Below, one piece after another: positions 33,323 through 37,333 of a stretch of 37,333 bases of DNA; the first letter of the stretch is position 1; each line of letters starts with the position of its first letter. The position numbers and the translations under genes are program-made. Below the pieces are notes generated by a model. That model was not told the origin of the DNA, did no database searches, and was given only the letters and a program-made list of their open reading frames with translations. Source of the stretch: Desulforudis sp. (lineage in GTDB: Bacteria > Bacillota > Desulfotomaculia > Desulfotomaculales > Desulforudaceae); NCBI GenBank assembly GCA_014859075.1, contig JACUUW010000001.1:1-37333 (forward strand). The letters are read 5' to 3'.

Positions 33323-33396
33323 GCACAAAACCCGGCCATTCCGGCGCGTACCCGGCACCGTCCCCTCACCATTTGCGCCGGTCGGCCGCGGTATAC

Positions 33397-34941
33397 TCAG
33401 GAACCCTCAACGGTCACCGTCCGCAAGCCGCCGTCCCAGTGGACCTTGGCGCCCACAGACTCGGCCACGAACCGGGCCGGAACCATGGTGCGGCCGTCCC
33501 GGATCACCGGTCGGGTATCCAGGATCACCGTCCGGTTTTCGAAAACGGCGGTGGTGCTGCCGACCGTGAACACGCTCTTCTTGCCTTCCCTGGTGATGGT
33601 GATCCTTTTGGTCCTTGTATCCCAATCCACTTGCGCGCCCAGCGCCTCCACGATCGCCCTGAGCGGCACCATCACCCGGCTGTTCGAATCTATGTAGGGC
33701 TCCACGTCGAAGGAAACCGGGCGCCCGTATACAAGGACCTTGATCGGTCCGGAACCGTAGATCAGGTACTTCTCCCGTTCCGCTTTGAACCTGTTCAGAC
33801 CGGGCGCATAATTGGCTTCGATCTGCTGGGGCGAGAGTCCCTGCTCCAGGTATTGACCGATCTTGTCCGTGCCCATAATCTTGTCAAACATGACGATGTT
33901 GTTTGCACTGCTCTTCGGTACGCTGAACCCGTTTAAGGCACGAGCGTAGGCCAGGGCGTAAATCCCGGTCCGGGCCGGGTTGAAGGTGTGATAATCCACG
34001 ATGTTCAGGCGTACGCCCCCGGCTTCGCCGCGCGTTTCGGGCACGAAATCCACGCCGGGCAGCCCGGCCTGGTTCAGCATCCGGGCGTACTTCTGAGCGT
34101 CAATGCCCTTCCCGCCGATCCACCGGAATTTATCGGCCTGAAAGATGCCGGTCCCTTCCCCCAGGCCGGTGGCCCCGTACCCGAACACCGCTTCCAGGTC
34201 CGGAATATTCGGTGAGGTCTGCACCCAATTCAACCCCGTGTCCTGAAAGATCATCGACCGGGTGTAACCGGCCATGGGGACCACCGTCAGGTCGGCCCCG
34301 ATCTTCCGGTTGAAAAACCGCGCCAACTCGCCCGCGGTCATCCCGTGGGACATCGGCAGGTTGTCGACCCCGACGAAAGTGATGAAACGATCCTCCATGA
34401 CCGGACCGTCCACGATCACCCCGCCCAGCGGGTTGGGCCGGTCGAGAACGACCACCGGCACCTGATGCTGCTTTGCCGCCACCATGCAGTAGTTCAGCGT
34501 GGACATGTAAGTATAAGACCGGGCGCCGATGTCCTGCACGTCAAACAGAAGCACGTCCACCCCGCGCAGCATCTCCGCGGTCGGCATCCGGGTCTGCCCG
34601 TACAGGCTGTACACTGGGATACGCAGGGTGGGGTGCACGTACGACTCCACGTAGGCCCCCGCCTTGGCCTGCCCGTCGATCCCGTGTTCCGGCCCGTAGA
34701 GCGCTACTAGTTGTACCGTCTTGTCCCGCACCAGGACGTCGATCGTGCTCTCCCCGCGGGTATTGACCCCGCTCTGGTTCGTCACGAGCCCCACCCGCTT
34801 CCCGGCAATCAGGTGGTGGTACTCGTCCACCAAACGCTCGTTGCCGAGCTTGAACGCCGCCGCCTCCGCCCCGGCGCCCCCGCCCCACGGCAACAACAGC
34901 ATTAAGGCGGCGAACACCGCCGCAAACATCAGTCTACGCAT
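33397..34941 (-). CDS. Secreted DUF1343 (NamZ/YbbC-like exo-beta-N-acetylmuramidase family) protein with a C-terminal copper-amine-oxidase-N-like domain
   Basis: Signal peptide MRRLMFAAVFAALMLLLP. DUF1343 core (VGLVTNQSG, ALYGPEHG, DIGAR.YTY, LDRPNP). The tail has repeated ..SRVMVPLRAIVEALGAQVDWD.. ATG 34941 follows GGAAGGAG. Confidence 0.8.
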   Translation of the reverse strand: MRRLMFAAVFAALMLLLPWGGGAGAEAAAFKLGNERLVDEYHHLIAGKRVGLVTNQSGVNTRGESTIDVLVRDKTVQLVALYGPEHGIDGQAKAGAYVESYVHPTLRIPVYSLYGQTRMPTAEMLRGVDVLLFDVQDIGARSYTYMSTLNYCMVAAKQHQVPVVVLDRPNPLGGVIVDGPVMEDRFITFVGVDNLPMSHGMTAGELARFFNRKIGADLTVVPMAGYTRSMIFQDTGLNWVQTSPNIPDLEAVFGYGATGLGEGTGIFQADKFRWIGGKGIDAQKYARMLNQAGLPGVDFVPETRGEAGGVRLNIVDYHTFNPARTGIYALAYARALNGFSVPKSSANNIVMFDKIMGTDKIGQYLEQGLSPQQIEANYAPGLNRFKAEREKYLIYGSGPIKVLVYGRPVSFDVEPYIDSNSRVMVPLRAIVEALGAQVDWDTRTKRITITREGKKSVFTVGSTTAVFENRTVILDTRPVIRDGRTMVPARFVAESVGAKVHWDGGLRTVTVEGS

Positions 34942-35122
34942 TATGGATACTCCTTCCGTTTGTTCGGTGAGGCCCGTTGTAACCAAACCCTCACCTCTTA
35001 GACCTTTTGCGTCGGCTTTTGGTTTCCAAAAAGGGCTGTTATTTGCCGTGGCGGGCCTAGTAAAACATGGGGACAAACAATAAGGCTTCACTTTCTGTGA
35101 AGCCCCTTGATTTCGGCATGTT

Positions 35123-35217
35123 TGGCGGAGAGAGTGGGATTCGAACCCACGAGGCAGCTGTGGGCCGCCTACTCGATTTCGAGTCGAGCGCCTTCAACCG
35201 GACTCAGCCATCTCTCC
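35123..35217 (-). tRNA. tRNA-Ser (anticodon CGA), CCA encoded
   Basis: Anticodon stem CTCGA/TCGAG with loop CUCGAAA. Long variable arm. Confidence 0.9.
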
Positions 35218-35238
35218 GCGTTGTTTAACCTGGTTATG

Positions 35239-35709
35239 TTATTGTCGCAGTTCCCGGAAAAACCGCTGGACGATCTCCCGGCACTCCGCTTCCAGTACCC
35301 CGGGAATGACCTCCACCTGGTGGTTGAACCGCGCCTCCCGTAGAAGGTCGACCACCGAACCAGCGGCGCCGGCCTTGGGATCGGGCGTTCCGAAAACCAC
35401 CTTGCCAACCCGGAACTGCACCAGGGCCCCCGCGCACATTGGACAGGGCTCCATAGTTACGTACACCGTAGCTTCGTTCAAACGCCGATCGTTCAGGGCC
35501 CCCGCCGCTTCCCGCACCGCCAGCAGTTCAGCGTGCGCCGAGGCGTCGTTCAGGGTCTCCTGCAGGTTGTGGCCCCGCGCCACCACACGACCGCCGGCCA
35601 CGACCACCGCACCGACCGGCACTTCGCCCAGTTGATAGGCCTTCTCGGCCTCCCGTAGCGCTTCGCGCATATACCCGGCGTGCACCACCAGGTTCGGCAC
35701 GTGGTTCAC
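35239..35709 (-). CDS. tadA: tRNA adenosine(34) deaminase TadA
   Basis: HAE and PCPMCAGA zinc motifs. The start is either GTG 35709 or ATG 35670. Confidence 0.9.
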   Translation of the reverse strand: MNHVPNLVVHAGYMREALREAEKAYQLGEVPVGAVVVAGGRVVARGHNLQETLNDASAHAELLAVREAAGALNDRRLNEATVYVTMEPCPMCAGALVQFRVGKVVFGTPDPKAGAAGSVVDLLREARFNHQVEVIPGVLEAECREIVQRFFRELRQ

Positions 35710-35767
35710 TGATCGATCACAAACCTCATCGCCGGAAGCCGGCAGTCTCTTTCCGACCTCCGGCTTC

Positions 35768-35920
35768 TTTTAAGAAAGGGGTCTGACCCTTAACTTAACA
35801 CACTACTTCAGCCAGTCCGACGACTGACCACTGACGACTGATTACACATATATTACGGAATGCGCCCCGCGCATTCCTTCCGCTGGTCAGACCTCTAACT
35901 TCCGGCCTCAAACTTCTTTT
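35768..35920. repeat. tRNA-spacer repeat block (GGTCTGACC palindrome, CCAGTCCGACGAC tail, hairpin, GGTCAGACC plus tandem 11-mers)
   Basis: The modules recur in the same order at 36139..36207 and partly at 36305..36339. Confidence 0.55.
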
Positions 35921-35997
35921 TGGTGCGCCCGGAGGGACTCGAACCCCCGGCACGCGGTTTAGGAAACCGCTGCTCTATCCTCCTGAGCTACGGGCGC
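35921..35997 (-). tRNA. tRNA-Arg (anticodon CCU), CCA encoded
   Basis: GCGCCCGTAGCTCAGGAGGATAGAGC..., anticodon stem GCGGT/ACCGC with loop UUCCUAA. Confidence 0.9.
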
Positions 35998-36000
35998 ATG

Positions 36001-36135
36001 TTCAGTCGTCGGTCGTCGGTGGATAGGCCGATCCCGGAAAGCCGTTGCGAAATTTTCAGTCGCTTTCGACCCAATAAATTAATCTGGAATGCAATTTATT
36101 GCATTCCTTCCGCCAGTTCCGACGATTACCCACTG
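36001..36135. repeat. Second copy of the composite intergenic repeat (between the two Arg tRNAs)
   Basis: CAGTCGTCGGTCGTCGG at the left. Hairpin GGAATGCAAT-TT-ATTGCATTCC followed by TTCCGCCAGTTCCGACGA at the right. Confidence 0.55.
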
Positions 36136-36207
36136 TTTCAAGAAAGGGTCTGACCCTTAACTTAACCGGCGGTCAGACCTCTGACTTCCGGCCTCTGACT
36201 TCTTTTT

Positions 36208-36283
36208 TGGTGCGCCCGGAGGGATTCGAACCCCCAACCTGCAGATCCGTAGTCTGACGCTCTATCCGTTGAGCTACGGGCGC
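36208..36283 (-). tRNA. tRNA-Arg (anticodon ACG), CCA encoded
   Basis: GCGCCCGTAGCTCAACGGATAGAGC..., anticodon loop CUACGGA. Confidence 0.9.
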
Positions 36284-36348
36284 ATGTTCGTCACCGCTTT
36301 GCTTTTAAGTTTAAGTAAGGGGTCTGACCCTTAACTTAAATTCATTCA

Positions 36349-36443
36349 TGGCGGAGAGAGAGGGATTCGAACCCTCGAGACAGGATTATGCCCATCTACT
36401 CGCTTAGCAGGCGAGCGCCTTCGACCTACTCGGCCATCTCTCC
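36349..36443 (-). tRNA. tRNA-Ser (anticodon GCU), CCA encoded
   Basis: Anticodon stem CTCGC/GCGAG with loop CUGCUAA. Long variable arm. Confidence 0.9.
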
Positions 36444-36522
36444 GCGACCATAAGCTATGACATTATGAATGCGCCCCGCGCATTCTTTCTGCTGTCCCAC
36501 CTCTCACTTCCCACTTCCCAAA

Positions 36523-36613
36523 TGGCGGAGGGGGTGGGATTCGAACCCACGGAACCACTCTCGGGTTCAGCGGTTTTCAAGACCGCCTCCTTAAACCTCT
36601 CGGACACCCCTCC
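36523..36613 (-). tRNA. tRNA-Ser (anticodon UGA), CCA encoded
   Basis: Anticodon stem GCGGT/ACCGC with loop CUUGAAA. Long variable arm. Confidence 0.9.
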
Positions 36614-36636
36614 GAGGTGCTCCACAGGCACATATC

Positions 36637-36665
36637 ACTATAGCACATCGGACCCACAGTGTCAA
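36637..36665 (-). promoter_or_regulatory. SigmaA promoter TTGACA-N17-TATAGT driving the tRNA cluster
   Basis: Consensus -35, 17-nt spacer and a 5/6 -10, read on the minus strand about 24 nt upstream of tRNA-Ser(UGA). Confidence 0.6.
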
Positions 36666-36735
36666 TAAATCCGGGCCTGTAGCCGCAGAAACCAAGGGTG
36701 ATTGACCCGCCATGCCGGTCCGGTTGCCGTGCAGA

Positions 36736-37333
<598 letters not shown>

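Noticed and set aside
30462-35217. Integrated mobile island at a tRNA
   Set aside because: No integrase, excisionase or transposase is present. Both flanking tRNAs are intact, distinct isoacceptors rather than a tRNA plus a partial att copy. I kept only a low-interest note.
35768-36522. Possible CRISPR array among the repeated spacer motifs
   Set aside because: The repeats are heterogeneous modules with irregular spacing, they are interleaved with tRNA genes, and no cas genes are present. This is not a CRISPR array.

Overview
All the housekeeping genes lie on the minus strand. They follow the Bacillus-type origin-proximal order: serS, a tRNA cluster, tadA, SRP RNA, dnaX, ybaB, recR, bofA, a PLP decarboxylase, tmk, holB, yaaT, rsmI, then abrB (plus strand) diverging from metG, then tatD, cobO, yabE, rsmA/ksgA, ykuK-like and yabG. 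The GC-rich coding and the many sporulation genes suggest a thermophilic, spore-forming Firmicute of the class Clostridia; this is an inference.

I identified six tRNA genes: Ser-GGA, Ser-CGA, Ser-GCU, Ser-UGA, Arg-CCU and Arg-ACG. I also found a large Bacillus-type SRP RNA, two near-consensus sigmaA promoters and several intrinsic terminators.

Several accessory blocks interrupt this backbone:
- **Island between dnaX and the SRP RNA (about 23.3-29.1 kb).** This is the most interesting part. It encodes a leaderless beta-helix protein, a protein fusing a prenyltransferase-like toroid, one TM helix and a tandem HlyD-like adaptor, and a free-standing copy of a 16-Cys module. That module also forms the C-terminus of the beta-helix protein. 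The two module copies form a roughly 717-bp inverted repeat bracketing 4.3 kb.
- **Segment between two Ser tRNA genes.** It carries a GH31 glycosidase and a NamZ-like/DUF1343 gene.
- **Sporulation-flavoured block at the left end.**
  - two tandem DUF3794 (SipL-like) paralogs, one split by an in-frame TAG, each with a Shine-Dalgarno-sequestering leader hairpin
  - a YkwD-like CAP protein
  - two tandem 4-Cys small peptides
- **HTH module.** An XRE/XRE pair is followed by a degenerate ImmA-like gene.

A family of short palindromic repeats fills the tRNA and SRP spacers. No CRISPR array, rRNA, transposase or integrase is present.
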